DNA from: Octopus sinensis
Taxonomy: Eukaryota
Length of the DNA: 64,000 nucleotides
Reading direction: 5' to 3'
Assembly: GCF_006345805.1 (NCBI RefSeq)
Contig: NC_043012.1
Coordinates: 3,782,001-3,846,000 of the forward strand
Each line of letters opens with the position of its first letter. The first letter of the stretch is position 1. The notes beneath the pieces were generated by a model. The model was given only the letters and a program-made list of their open reading frames with translations, was not told the origin of the DNA and made no database searches. The position numbers and the translations under genes were made by a program. This document shows, one piece after another, positions 26,201 to 39,200 of the stretch.

Positions 26201-29200
26201 CAGGCTGTTCCGTTGATTCGGATCAACCGGAACCCTCATCGTCGTAACCAACGGAGTGCTTCCACACACACTTACAAGTTGTTGTTAATCTGCTCATAAA
26301 AAAAAGTAGGTGTGTTTTATCTAATATTTATGATACTAGAGTTGTTTTTAATTAACAATATTGTTTCTGTCTTCTACTGAAGCATAAAACAAAGCAGGAG
26401 GAATGTTGATTCAGGATGCAGCTAGTCTAGTCATATATGTGGATCTCAGTCCCATAGGCTCAACTTTTTCCATCCAAGTTTTTTAACCCAATATTTACAT
26501 TTTATTATTTATAGTCTTATCTACCTCCTTCAGTTCCATCATTAAAAATAATTAATTTTAAAATTCTCATGACAAAAACGATATCAATCTATCTTTCCAT
26601 CCATCTCTCTCTCTCAACATTCGAAAGTCAGAAATCTGTGAAACAGATTAAGCCTTTAAATAAGAAATCTAAATGAATCCCAGTCCATTTTCAGCTTCTT
26701 TTTTTCTATCTTCTATCTATCTGTCTGTACTTATTATAGGTGTGTAGGTGTAGATTTTTAAATTATGTAATCCTGTTTACAGTATATATATGACAGACAA
26801 TGTCAAAAACCATGCATTTCATTTCTAATGCAAAAGGTGTGTAGTGCACTTTTATGTCTTGGAATCATAAAATAAAGCCAATTTTTGGACATGTATGTAT
26901 GGAAGTAGCCATCTGTCCATCCATCCATACACACACACACACGTGTGTGTATGTCTTTACAAAATGTGGTAAATAAATTGTTGTCTAAATTACACAAAAA
27001 TGACAATAACACTGACATCTCATTTTAACAGATATATTTATCAAAATCACATAAAAATATCTTGAAATGCTAAAGAGTAAGTTTATTCAATAAAATCACC
27101 ATTGGCTTCAACCACGACCTCCAGACGACTTCAGAATATCCTGCAACCCTTCTAGACACTCTCTTTGTTTAAGGTGGTGAATGCTGCCATAATCCTTGCC
27201 TTCAGTTCATCTTTGGTGTTACAAGGAGTTTCGTTAGTTTCTCACTCAACTGTGCCCCACACATAATAATGAAAGGGGTTGCAGTCTGGGGAGTTAGGTG
27301 ATCAGATGTTAGGGGTGATGTGGTCACAGAAATTGTCTGACAGCCATAACTGGGTTCTCCTGCTTGTGTGGCATGGTGCAGAGTCCTGTTGCTAGATATG
27401 GGGTCTTCTAGCAGCCACTCTCTTAACCCAGGGCAGCACTACCTCCTCCAGACACTTGATGTCAGCCTCCATGTTGAATCTGAGACTGTGTGGGAAGATG
27501 AATTGAGACATAATGTCACCATCACTAGTGATCATTCCAAACACCATGATGTTTGATTTTTATCACTCTTGGTACATGTTTTGGTGACACGGCAAGCCAA
27601 CAGTTGTTGTGTGTGTTCCCCATCTGACCCTAGCAGAAATGTTTCTTGTCTGAGAAAAACCAAAACATGTTTGGTTGGAAGGGATGCTTCAGTTTGTTTA
27701 AAAGCTTCATAGCGTGGTCTTTCCTCTTGTTCTTGATGGCTTGGGATAAATATTGGCCCTTTCTCATCTTCTGTACCTGCCTGATAAGAAACTCAGTCAC
27801 TCCCAAGTCCCTGGCAATAGATCTGATTGACTTGGAGGGATCGTTGTCAATCATGGCCTGGATCTCACCAACAAATCCAGGACTTCTCTTCTTATCAGAA
27901 CAATCAGAGTGAGTTTCCCAAGCTGCCATACCTTCGTAATCACCATTAGACTCATCCAACTCTTTCTGAATCCTCTTCACTGTCCTCAGATGTCACCCAA
28001 ACGCTCTGAAATGTTCATATTGGAGCTTCTGGTGCAAATGCCAAGCAGTACAGTATGTTGTTTCCAAATTTCTGACAGAGTGAATTGTGTCATGGTGCTG
28101 TTTTTCTCACAGAGGGTGCCCAACTGACCCTGCAATACTATGTAGTCAACAAAATCAAAACAAACAATGCACATGCACGAAATTAAAAGTATAAACAGGT
28201 GACAATTTACCCATCGCACCCTGTATATGTGTGTGTGTATGTGTGCATACATATATATTAATTCTCTTACTCTGTTTGATTTTAGAAGAAAGCATCCTGG
28301 GACATCTTTTTTAATGCATTTCTGTCAGAATTTCTTTCTTTCCTTCTTTTTTTGTTTTCAAATTTGATTACGGCAAATTTCTCTGAAAGCAAACTTATTA
28401 AATACTGATACATGATTCCGAGTGGGTTGTTCAAGTGTGAGGTTTATGCATACAAAGTGCAGGGTCTTCTAATTAATTAAAAAAAATATTTTATAAAAAA
28501 TATTGGGGTGTTTTATTTATTTTTAGTTGCTTTTTTTCCTGTATTTCTCTTTCTGTTTATAACTGCTCTGTCTGCTTTCTGATGGTTTATTATTCACTGC
28601 AGACCCAACATAAGGGAGGAGAAAAAAAATCTGTATAATTTCTACTATCCTAATGGCATATGAGGTATTAACAATTCCTTGTTTTCTGTTCAATATTTCC
28701 CTTCTTATTCCATCCTACCTTACACTGTATCTGCGTGTTGTCTCCTCTCTACCACATCTAGAGATGTTTGTCTGTTTTCCTGTATTTGTTGAGCTTTCTT
28801 GTTAGTTTATTCAATTTTTCTCTCTATTCATTAATGTATTTTTAGATATTCTATGGTTTTATTATGCGGCAATATCATCTGTTGTATATGTGAAAGACTC
28901 TATGTAGACGATGATGATGGTGGTGGGTGATGATGATCATGATGATAGTGTTGGTGATGATGATGATGTATATATTATCTGTTGTGTATATGAAGGTATC
29001 TGTGTAGTTGATGGTGATGTTGATGATTTAGCCCCTGTTTATAAAAGCATATAATTATACACGTGTGTGTGATGTGTATGTATATGTGTGTATATATGCA
29101 CATTGCAGTAAACCTGATCACTGAATGCAATATGTTCATGTGTGTATTATGTATGTACCCATTATTATATGTATATGATGTAGATATGTGTATGTGTAAT

Positions 29201-29744
29201 AAATATATGTGTGTGTATTTGTGTGTATATGCCAATGATTATATAGAGGTATGTGATTTGTGTACCAATAATTGCTTGTGTGTATGGGAGAGTGACAGAG
29301 CCAGAGAGAGAGAGAGACATTTCAAATTTTCCTGATATTTATATTATCAAATAGGTTACATTATTTATCAATATAAACCTCAGGAAGAGAGAAAACATCC
29401 TGAAGTATGATAGCAGCAGCATCTTTATTTCTTTATCTTTGTTATTGATGTTTTCATGCCTGTTTATCTGTCCAACCAGGTGTGTGTGTGTGTGTGTTCG
29501 TGTGTGTGTGTGTGTTCGTGTCTTCTTCTTCTTCTGTTCATCTCAATATTCCTCCCCATTAATGTCCCAGTTGTAGCCAATTCAGTTTGATTTGGTTCAT
29601 TGATGGTGTCCCAGAGTGAGGCATGAATGTCAAGCAATCCTTTTTTTTTATAACCTTCCTTTTGTAAATCTCAGGCTTTGGATCCATCCTCATAGGCACA
29701 CCATCTTTCTTGTTTCTGTTCATATACATACATATATATGCATA

Positions 29745-29791
<47 letters not shown>

Positions 29792-29794
29792 ATA

Positions 29795-29887
<93 letters not shown>

Positions 29888-30007
29888 ATATATATATATA
29901 TATATGCAAAAACTGTCTGATGAACGGCAACGAGAAACTCAGAGTAACAAATTTTGTTGAATTTTCTGCTGCTTAAATAAAGTATATATGCATATATACA
30001 TACATAC

Positions 30008-30085
<78 letters not shown>

Positions 30086-30099
30086 GTATGTATATATAT

Positions 30100-30130
<31 letters not shown>

Positions 30131-32005
30131 CACACACACAGACACACACCCATACAAACTGGAGAAGATGGCAGGTATTTTGTTATATTTTCCCCAAAAT
30201 ATTTGTAGGAATCAAAGGAATTTATATTTCTCTTTATATTTTTAGAGGGTAAGAGATTTTGTGTTCTACTAATATATCTCTTTCTGTGTGTATGAGTGTG
30301 TGTGTATATATATATGTATACACACACATACACACATGCACACCCATGTATATATACTACAAGGAAGGCTACCTATAGAATAAAGAAAACTCAATACATG
30401 CATTGAATATATATTTTTATGGGGGTGAGGAATTGATGGTACAAATTCTTCACTGTTATTGAATAATTTCATAATTAGAGAACCAAATGTGTACCTACAC
30501 ACGCACACACACAGAACAAGTGAACTTCCTTTAATCAAGTACACCAAATGTTTTTTCTCCAAAAGAGACAATCAGTTTTGACTTGGTGCAGTTGCTATAG
30601 CAGCAGTTCTGGGACTATGCCTTTGTACCTTCTTTATTTCACTCAGTCTGATGAGTGCAAAGGAATTTGTCCTCCTTCTCCTCTTCCACCTGCTCTTATT
30701 GTTATTGTTGTATAGTGCTTTTTCTTTTTCTTTTTTCTATTATTATTATTTTCCCCCCTCCCTTGTTGCTGCAGCTGATATTTTGCTGGCCAACTTCTGT
30801 GCCTAACCAGAACTGCTGGACAGTAAGAATATCAATAAATTTCACATTCCACTTATTCATCAATTCCATTCTGCATGGGAGACTGGGGTTGGGTGTGTGT
30901 GATGGTGGTGTTGGTGGGGGGGGGTGGATGCAAAGATTGTGAGATTGAGTAGGAGCTCTATGTATGCTTGTGTGTATGTGTGAGAGAGAGAGAAAGAGAT
31001 GAGGGAGGAGATAGAGAAGGTTTTATTACTACCTGTTACTAATATTGAATGTATATCACCAAGATATATTGTATATAAGAATAAATACATAACAGCAAAG
31101 AAACCACATTTTTGCACCATCATTACACTGAGCTTTGATACTGGTTTTCAAAGACAAATATATCTTATCAACATCTTTTGTCAGAGTATACACACACACA
31201 CACTCGTGTGTGTGTGCATGTGTCGGTAAAAATATGTGTAATTGTATGGTTAAAAAGCTGGCTTCCTGACCATGTGGTCTTGGGTTCAGTCCCATTGTGT
31301 GGCACCTTGGGCGAATGGGTCTGTGTCTGTGTGTGTATATATACAGTAGTACCTCAGCTTTTGAACAACTCTGATTGCGAATAAATCGTGCTTTATATAT
31401 ATATAAAGCACAATTTACTCGCAGTCATAGGCATTCGTAAACTGAGGTACTACTGTATTAAATGAATATGAGAAAGACAGTAGATAAAGTGTGATTTATT
31501 CGTGATCAGAGTTGTTCGAAAACTGATGTTCTACTATATATATATATATATATATAGGGGAAGAATTCACAAAAAAAAAAAAAAGACGAAGACAGGTGTT
31601 GTAGACAACAAACAGATGTATTAGTATAATGCTTGGGGAGTGAAAAAGTCTTTAACATTTTGAGCCTACGCTCTTCTACAGGAAGAAACAAGGAGAGAAA
31701 ATAAATAAATGTGTGTGTGTGTGTGTGTGTGTGTATAGATACTTCCAAACAAACATGCTTTTTATTGAACTCCTAATACTTTTTATTTAATATTTTTTCT
31801 CAGATATTTCCTTGTAAACTGTTTTAAACATTTTCTTATCATTATCAAAGAATGTATATCTGTATTTTAATACTTTTGTGACAACCAGTATTTAGCATAA
31901 CAAAGCCCATACAAAGCCTTACATTTTACTTTTGACAATCTTTTTCTAAAAAAATGAAACCGGTCAAGTGAATAAAAATCTTTAAAATTGCATTTTCAAA
32001 CCTTC

Positions 32006-32047
<42 letters not shown>

Positions 32048-33256
32048 GGATACTCATGAATGTGCTTGTACTCTTGTCTAGACATGATGTGGGCTCTTTA
32101 AATGTGGATCATTGGCATTTGCTCCTGGTATTGCAGACAGTATACTACCATATAATAATGCAAGCCAAGTGGAGAAAGAAGTGTATGTGGAGGTTGAAGC
32201 GAAAAAGGCGAAAGATGGGGGCTAGTTCGAAGTAGAAAGGATCTTCTCAAGCAAATGGGTTAAGCTGACAACAAAATTATTTTCAATGTTGGTCAGTATA
32301 TAAACTAGAAGAACAATGTCCCAAAAGATGAAATCCCGACTAGGTCCACCATCTTGTCTAGTTTAACCATTTCTTCCGATTTTCATTCAACGTGTTGATC
32401 TGATGTCACTGTTTCCACGTAAAATCTTTCTGGAACATTTGTTTGAAAAACAACAACAAAAAACAACAGACTTTCATCAATCAAACCAAACTGCATTCTT
32501 CTTCAAAGACTGAAATTTAAACATGGTTTAAAATTTTGTGTTCTCTCAACCATTTTGTGAAAGACTTTTAATTCCTATCAATGTTTGTCTATGTCTTTTG
32601 GTGTGTCTTGTTATACACCATGACAATAAAATTTCTTGGGGGGGGGGAATGGCGGTGCCCCAGCATGGCCACAGCTCATGAGCTGAAACTAGACAAAATA
32701 TAAAATATATACAAGGAAGATTGTGCATTTCCAGTCTTCTGTGAAAAACATTGTTTCTTTCATTGTTTTTCTCTGTATATTTGTCTCTCGTTAGCTTTTT
32801 AATGCTTCAAGAATGAAATATGTTAATCCTAACTTGACTATTGTTTTTTTCATGCATTTGGTGCTCCTGTATAATTATTTACAGTGTCTAGTTGGGTGTT
32901 TTACAATTTTAAGTTGTTAGGGTCGTTAACATTGTAATGAGCTGAAGGTAAATTCAGTCTCATAGCCATAAAGTAATTAAGTAATTAACTGTCGTTATAA
33001 AAATTTGCTCAGGTTTGTCATATCTGACTTTCAGAGTAGAGACCTTGTAATTTAGCAGATGAAGTGGACAACTAATGTGTTTTTGTTAATGAAACTGCAC
33101 GTAGTATGACGTAAAGAGGAAAGATAATCTGTCAATATTAGATCACTTTTACTGCCCTCACAATAAACTAATTAACAGGTAATAAAATGATTAGTTATTA
33201 TATTTCGTTGGTGATTTACAACCAGAATCTTCCCTCCTCATTTCTTATCATTGCAT

Positions 33257-33288
<32 letters not shown>

Positions 33289-36200
33289 TCATTTTCTTTA
33301 CTTTGCCATACAGGTATGGGCTGGATGCGTTTTCTGAGGTTGTGTTTGATGTTTGGATTCACTTCCTATTACCAAACCTTTTAGTTGTATGTTATACAAC
33401 ATGTAAAGATACGGTGTATTCAGTACAAAAATAAAATATACAGAATCATCATCATCATCATATGTCTGTTTTCCATGCTGGCATGGGTTGGACGGTTTGA
33501 CAGGTGCTGGAGAGCTGCACCAGGCTCCAGTTGTCTGTTTTGGCTTGGTGTCCGTGGCTGGATGCCCTCCTTACAAAGTTTTATAATGTCCAAGGAGCAT
33601 TTTTCTTCTCTTTTTAAAACACATCAAAAGAAACAAATTTTAGAATGAAACAACCTAGTGAGGTGTTGGATGAGGAAATCTCTACATTGTTGCTTGACAT
33701 TTTAAAAATAGCAGCTAGTTCTCTCTCAGATCACACCTTACCATACCAAAAATAAAAGGGAAGGATGCAAAGAATAATGTAGTTCTAGATAAACTGTTAG
33801 TAAAATAAAACAGGATAGCTGTGGATGGAGCCACTCTAATCACAACTAGAGGGAAGCACTCCGTCGGTTACGACGACGAGGGTTCCGGTTGATCCGAATC
33901 AACGGATCAGCCTGCTCGTGAAATTAACGTGTAAGTGGACCCTTAACGTAGTTCTCGGGGATATTCAGCGTGACACAGAGAGTGACAAGGCCGGCCCTTT
34001 GAAATACAGGTACAACAGAAACAGGAAGTAAGAGTGAGAGAAAGTTGTGGTGAAAGAGTACAGCAGGGATCACCACCATCCCCTGCCGGAGCCTCGTGGA
34101 GCTTTAGGTGTTTTCGCTCAATAAACACTCACAATGCCCGGTCTGGGAATCGAAATCGCGATCCTATGACCGCGAGTCCGCTGCCCTAACCACTGGGCCA
34201 TTGCGCCTCCAATTTTAGAAAGAAGATATCCAAAAATATATTCTTATCAAAGTTTTCTTGTAGACCTAGGTTAAATATGGATTTTCAAATTCAGATATTC
34301 TCAATGATGGATTCTATTAAAATTATCTTCATGCTTCTGAATCCTCATCATTTCATATCCACTTTCCCATGCTAGAATGGGTTGGGATGGTTCAACGAGA
34401 CCCAACAGGTCTGAGGATTATACTTTGCTCCAGTGTCTCAGAGAGGTGTATAGCTTAGCAAGAGGAGGAAGGGCAGCTCCTACCCCCAACGAAGACTTTT
34501 ATTTATGCAAGACCTCAGAGACTAGTAACAGGGAGAGAGAAGGGAGGAAGACACCTATGATTCTTGAGATAGGAGATTTAATCTGTATGTTTGCAACTTC
34601 TCAAAAGCTGCAGATGGAAGGCCTTTGGTTATAGGATTATACAATGACATGGTGGCTAAGCAACAACAACAACAACACACATGTGCACTTATAAATGTGA
34701 GACCTATGCAAGAACTTATTTACAGATATTAAACAAGACTCGAGTGAATCTCTTTGTAAATAACATCTCATTATTTAAGTTAAACCATAAGTGCCAAATA
34801 GAAAAAATCTCAATGATCATTTACCATTTCTTCTTCTTCCAGATCAGTACAAGTAATCTACAAGACCAGCGACGAGGATCTCTCTCCAGTTCTGCTACAA
34901 GTCTTCCTGGAAATGTCACCGAAGCCCATTTGAAATATGAAAATGATAGGTTAAAGTTGGCATTAGCCCAAAGGTAAGTTTTGTATAGAAGTTGTCTTTC
35001 ATTATGCATGCATGTAAGGTGGCAAGGAGGCAGAGTCGTTAGCATACTGGTCAAAATGTTTTGTGTCATTTCATCTGTCATGTTCTGAATTCAAAGTTCG
35101 CTGGGGTTGACTTTGCCTTTCATCCTTTGGACGTCATTAAGTTAAGTACCAGTTATGCACTGGGGCCAATGGAATTGTCTTAACCTTTCCCTTGAAGTTG
35201 CTGGCCTTGTACCAAAATTTGAAACCATTACTATACATGCATGTTTCACACACACACACATTAACTTTCTGGATACTGATGGTCCAAAACCTCTTATAAT
35301 CTGCACAAATTCAAAAGCAGGAACTTCAAATTCCCGTGGCCACCAGATTAGCTTACTGATACCTTGTACAGTATAGTATTAATAAATCTCTATCATTTAT
35401 ACAGATTTCTGTATTTCATTAAATTATTTAAGTAAACTTAATATTTGTTTAATTCAAAGTGTAACCAATCCTGGTTTGGAAAAATCAGTAACCGGAAATG
35501 AGTTTTGGAAAATTGAAGTTGTACCTGTGAGAGGGAGAGAGAAAGATAGTCATATACATGCAAAATACACATATACAAACACACATTTATACATATATAA
35601 TTCATAGATTATAATCAAACATTCTCCATATTCTCTTAATAGTGCTCAAGGGGGTTAAATTTGAGCTGGTAGAGAAGTAAATATTAGAATAAGCAAGTTA
35701 GGCAAGTCAGTATATATGCTGAGACCTCCTTCGGTCATGACTGACCATGGGATTACAACTAGAACGTTACCCTCCGAGGTACAAGTCCGGGCAAGGTTGT
35801 TTATGGAAGACCAGTAGTCGCCCATGCATACCGGCCTCCCCTCTCCACGCCACCAGTGTTATCCAAGGGAAAGACAAAGGTCGATACAGCTTGGCACCTG
35901 TGACGTCGCAACTCATTTCTACAGCTGAGTGAACTGGAGCAACGTGAAATGAAGTGTTTTGCTCAAGAACAAAACACACAGCTCGGTCCCGGATTCGAAC
36001 TCACAACCTCTCGATCGTAAGCTCGACTCTCTAACTACTGAGCCATGCACCTTCAGTATATAAAGTATATATTAAATACATGAAATACAAAAAATATTGT
36101 ATGTATGCTTACATACGAAAAGGTCTGACCTACACAAAATAGAAATGATATCAAGAATTAAAGGGTTACAACTCCAACAGCTGTTTCTGGAGGCTCAGTG

Positions 36201-39200
36201 GTCCAAAGTAATGTTTGTAGGATGAGGCAAGCCTCCGTCTTCAGGGAAGAGATCTTACATTTGAAGTGTTGACAGAAAGATGTTCAAAGATGGAAATACT
36301 TTTCTTCAACCCCTTTAATCCTTGATATCATTTCTATTCTGTGTAAGTCAGACCTTTATGTATCTAAACATTTTTGTTTTTGTATTTCATGTATTTAGTA
36401 TATTTTGTATTTTTGTTTTACTTGTTTCATTGTTTTAGTCATTTGGCTGCAGCCATGCTGGAGCACTGCTTTAGCTGAGCAAATCAACCCCAGGACTCTT
36501 TTGCCGAACTGCTAAGTTATGGGGACATAAACACACCAGCATCGGTTGTCAAGCAATGTTGGGGGGACAAACACAGACACACAAACATATATACCTATAC
36601 ATATATACAACAGGCTTCTTTCAGTTTCCGTCTACCAAATCCACTCACAAGGCTTTGGTCAGCCCGAGGCTATAGTAGAAAACACTTGCCCAAGGTGCCA
36701 TGCAGTGGAACTGAACCCAGAACCATGTGGTTGGTAAGCAAGCTACTTACCACACAGTGAACTGCCTAACTTGCTTATCTTTACATTCACTTCTCATTTA
36801 TACATATATAAACATGCACATACACTTCTCGCAACACAGAGACATATGTTATGAAGTGGAGCACTGGTATCTGTTGAGATTTACGATGAACAAAATATTG
36901 ATTCTTTCCATAAACAAAGAAAAATGTTGTCACTACGAATGACAAAACATCGAAAGAGTTTGAATGTTGTTGTTCTTAGTGTGATTGTAACAGCAGTGAA
37001 AGTGTGGTTAGTTGGTGCTGGTATCGATGCCGTCAATCATTCTTTAGCTGCTGTCCACTTGGGTCAGCAGATGTCTGTATCTTTTCCCCATCTATCTGCC
37101 ATCATGTCTCTGCTGTTTCTCAGTGCTCTCTCTCTCTAAGTAGCTAAGGGGCACTGAATTAATACTGATGGCTAGGCTCAAAAAGAAACACACGGAAAGA
37201 TTAAAATATTGTTGGAGCCAGTTCCATGCAAAGTCTTGGTTGATCAGACCTTCGAACATTGGGTCTCACCGAGGCAATGACTAGTGACCGGGACCTTTGG
37301 AAATATGCTGTATTTGAGAAGACTCGGCAAGCCAAGTGAGACCATAACCTCATGGCCTATGCCAGGGGTGTAACCAGTCCACTTATGCATACTTTTCCTT
37401 CATTGGACACTAAACTCTGCTTGTGAAGACCTGTTGAGGCAAATGAAATCGAAATCAAATTCGATGACTGGCATCCGTGCAAGTGGAGCGCTAAGAGCAC
37501 CATCTGAGCATGATCGTTGCCAGAGCAGCAAACTGGCTTCCGTGCCGGTGGCACATAAAAAGCACCATTCGAGTGTGATCGTTACCTGCATTGCCTTACT
37601 GGCACTTGTGCTGGTGGCACATGAAAAAACATTTGAGCGAGGTTGTTGCCAGCGCCGCTGGGCTGGCTCCTATGCAGGTGGCACATAAAAAGCACCATTT
37701 GAGCGTGGCTGTTGCCAGTGGCACTACACTTTTGGAGTGGTTGGCATTAGGAAGGGCATCCGGCTGTAGAAACTCTGCCAGATCAGATTGGAACCTGGTG
37801 CAGCCATATGGTTCACCACACCTCAGTCAAATCGTCCAACCCATGCTAGCATGGAAAGTGGACGTTGAACGATAATGATAATGATGATGATGATGATGGG
37901 TAATATTCTGGTGAATCGCCACATCAAATATAGTGATCTGATTGCTGAACATTCCCACTACACACGTTAGCTGAAACTTTTTACTTGTAGAATATATATA
38001 AAAATGAAGAAAATTTGCAGAACTGTTTGGTATTTGTACTCGTTGTCTCTGTGCTGTCCATCTTATTTTGTCCGTCTGTCTGTCTCATCTTGTTTTATTT
38101 TGTCTGTTTTGGAAAATGTTAGCAGTTATTTCAGGTGTTTACTGTTTCTTTATTTTAGTTCAACAAACACCAAAAAATGGGAAATTGAGCTGCAGACATT
38201 GAAAGCCAACAACCAAAGATTGACAACAGCCCTTCAAGAGAGCACAGCAAATGTTGAAGAATGGAAAAAACAACTAGCAGCTTACAAAGAGGAAAATGCC
38301 CGACTCAAAAAACGGGTACGAATAAAATCTTTGCTTTATTCAAAATATCTTCCAGACTAATTAAGTCTATCTAATTATCTCAAATGAACCTTTACAAGAT
38401 TCCCACCTAATGGCTGTGTGGTTAAGAGGCCTGCTTTCCAATGGTTCAGTTCCACTGTGGTGCACCTTGGGCAAGTATCTTCTACTATGGCCCTGGACCA
38501 ACCAAAGCCTTGTAAATGGATTTTGAGTGACAGAAACTGAAAGAAGACCATCATGTGTGTTGTGTGTGTGTTTGTTTTTCCTTGTCTCGACATATAGTTT
38601 TTAGTATAAATAGCATTATAGTTTTTGGGCATCCAGCTGTAGAAACTCTGCCAGATCGGATTGGAACCTGGTGCAGCCATCTGGTTTGCCAGTCCTCAGT
38701 CAAATTGTCCAACCCATGCTAGCATGGAAAGCAGACGCTAAACGATGATGATGATGTATATTTAGAACTACATCATCATTTCGAAATTGCTAGTCTTGTG
38801 TCTACATCAGAAAATTCTTCTTCTTGCTGCAAACTAGTAGAACCATTTTCACATTTGGGAAAGCACTGAGAACTGTGGTCATTGTGATTGAGGTCAGCTT
38901 TGCCTTTCAACCTTTCAGGATTGATAAAATAAAGGTCCAGTCAAGTCCTAGGGCTGCTGGCTTTGTACCAAGATTAGAAAGAATTATTATAATTAAAGTG
39001 GCAAGCTGGCAGTATGTTCGCATGTCCAACCAAATGCTTAGTGGCATTTTGTCCGATTCATTATGTTCTGAGATCAAACTCTGCTGAGGTCAGCTTTGCC
39101 TTTCATCTTTTCAGTGTTGCTAAAACAAGAACCAGTTAAGCACTGAAACCAATGCAATCGATTGGGCCCCTCTCCCAAACAGTTCAGGCCTTGTGTCTAT

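Noticed and set aside
30648-30680. CTGATGA motif (also at 63804 and a decayed minus-strand one near 36240)
   Set aside because: No properly spaced stem II, GAAA and stem III.
34135-34210. tRNA-like sequence as a real tRNA gene
   Set aside because: Head of a SINE-E copy with no proper acceptor stem.
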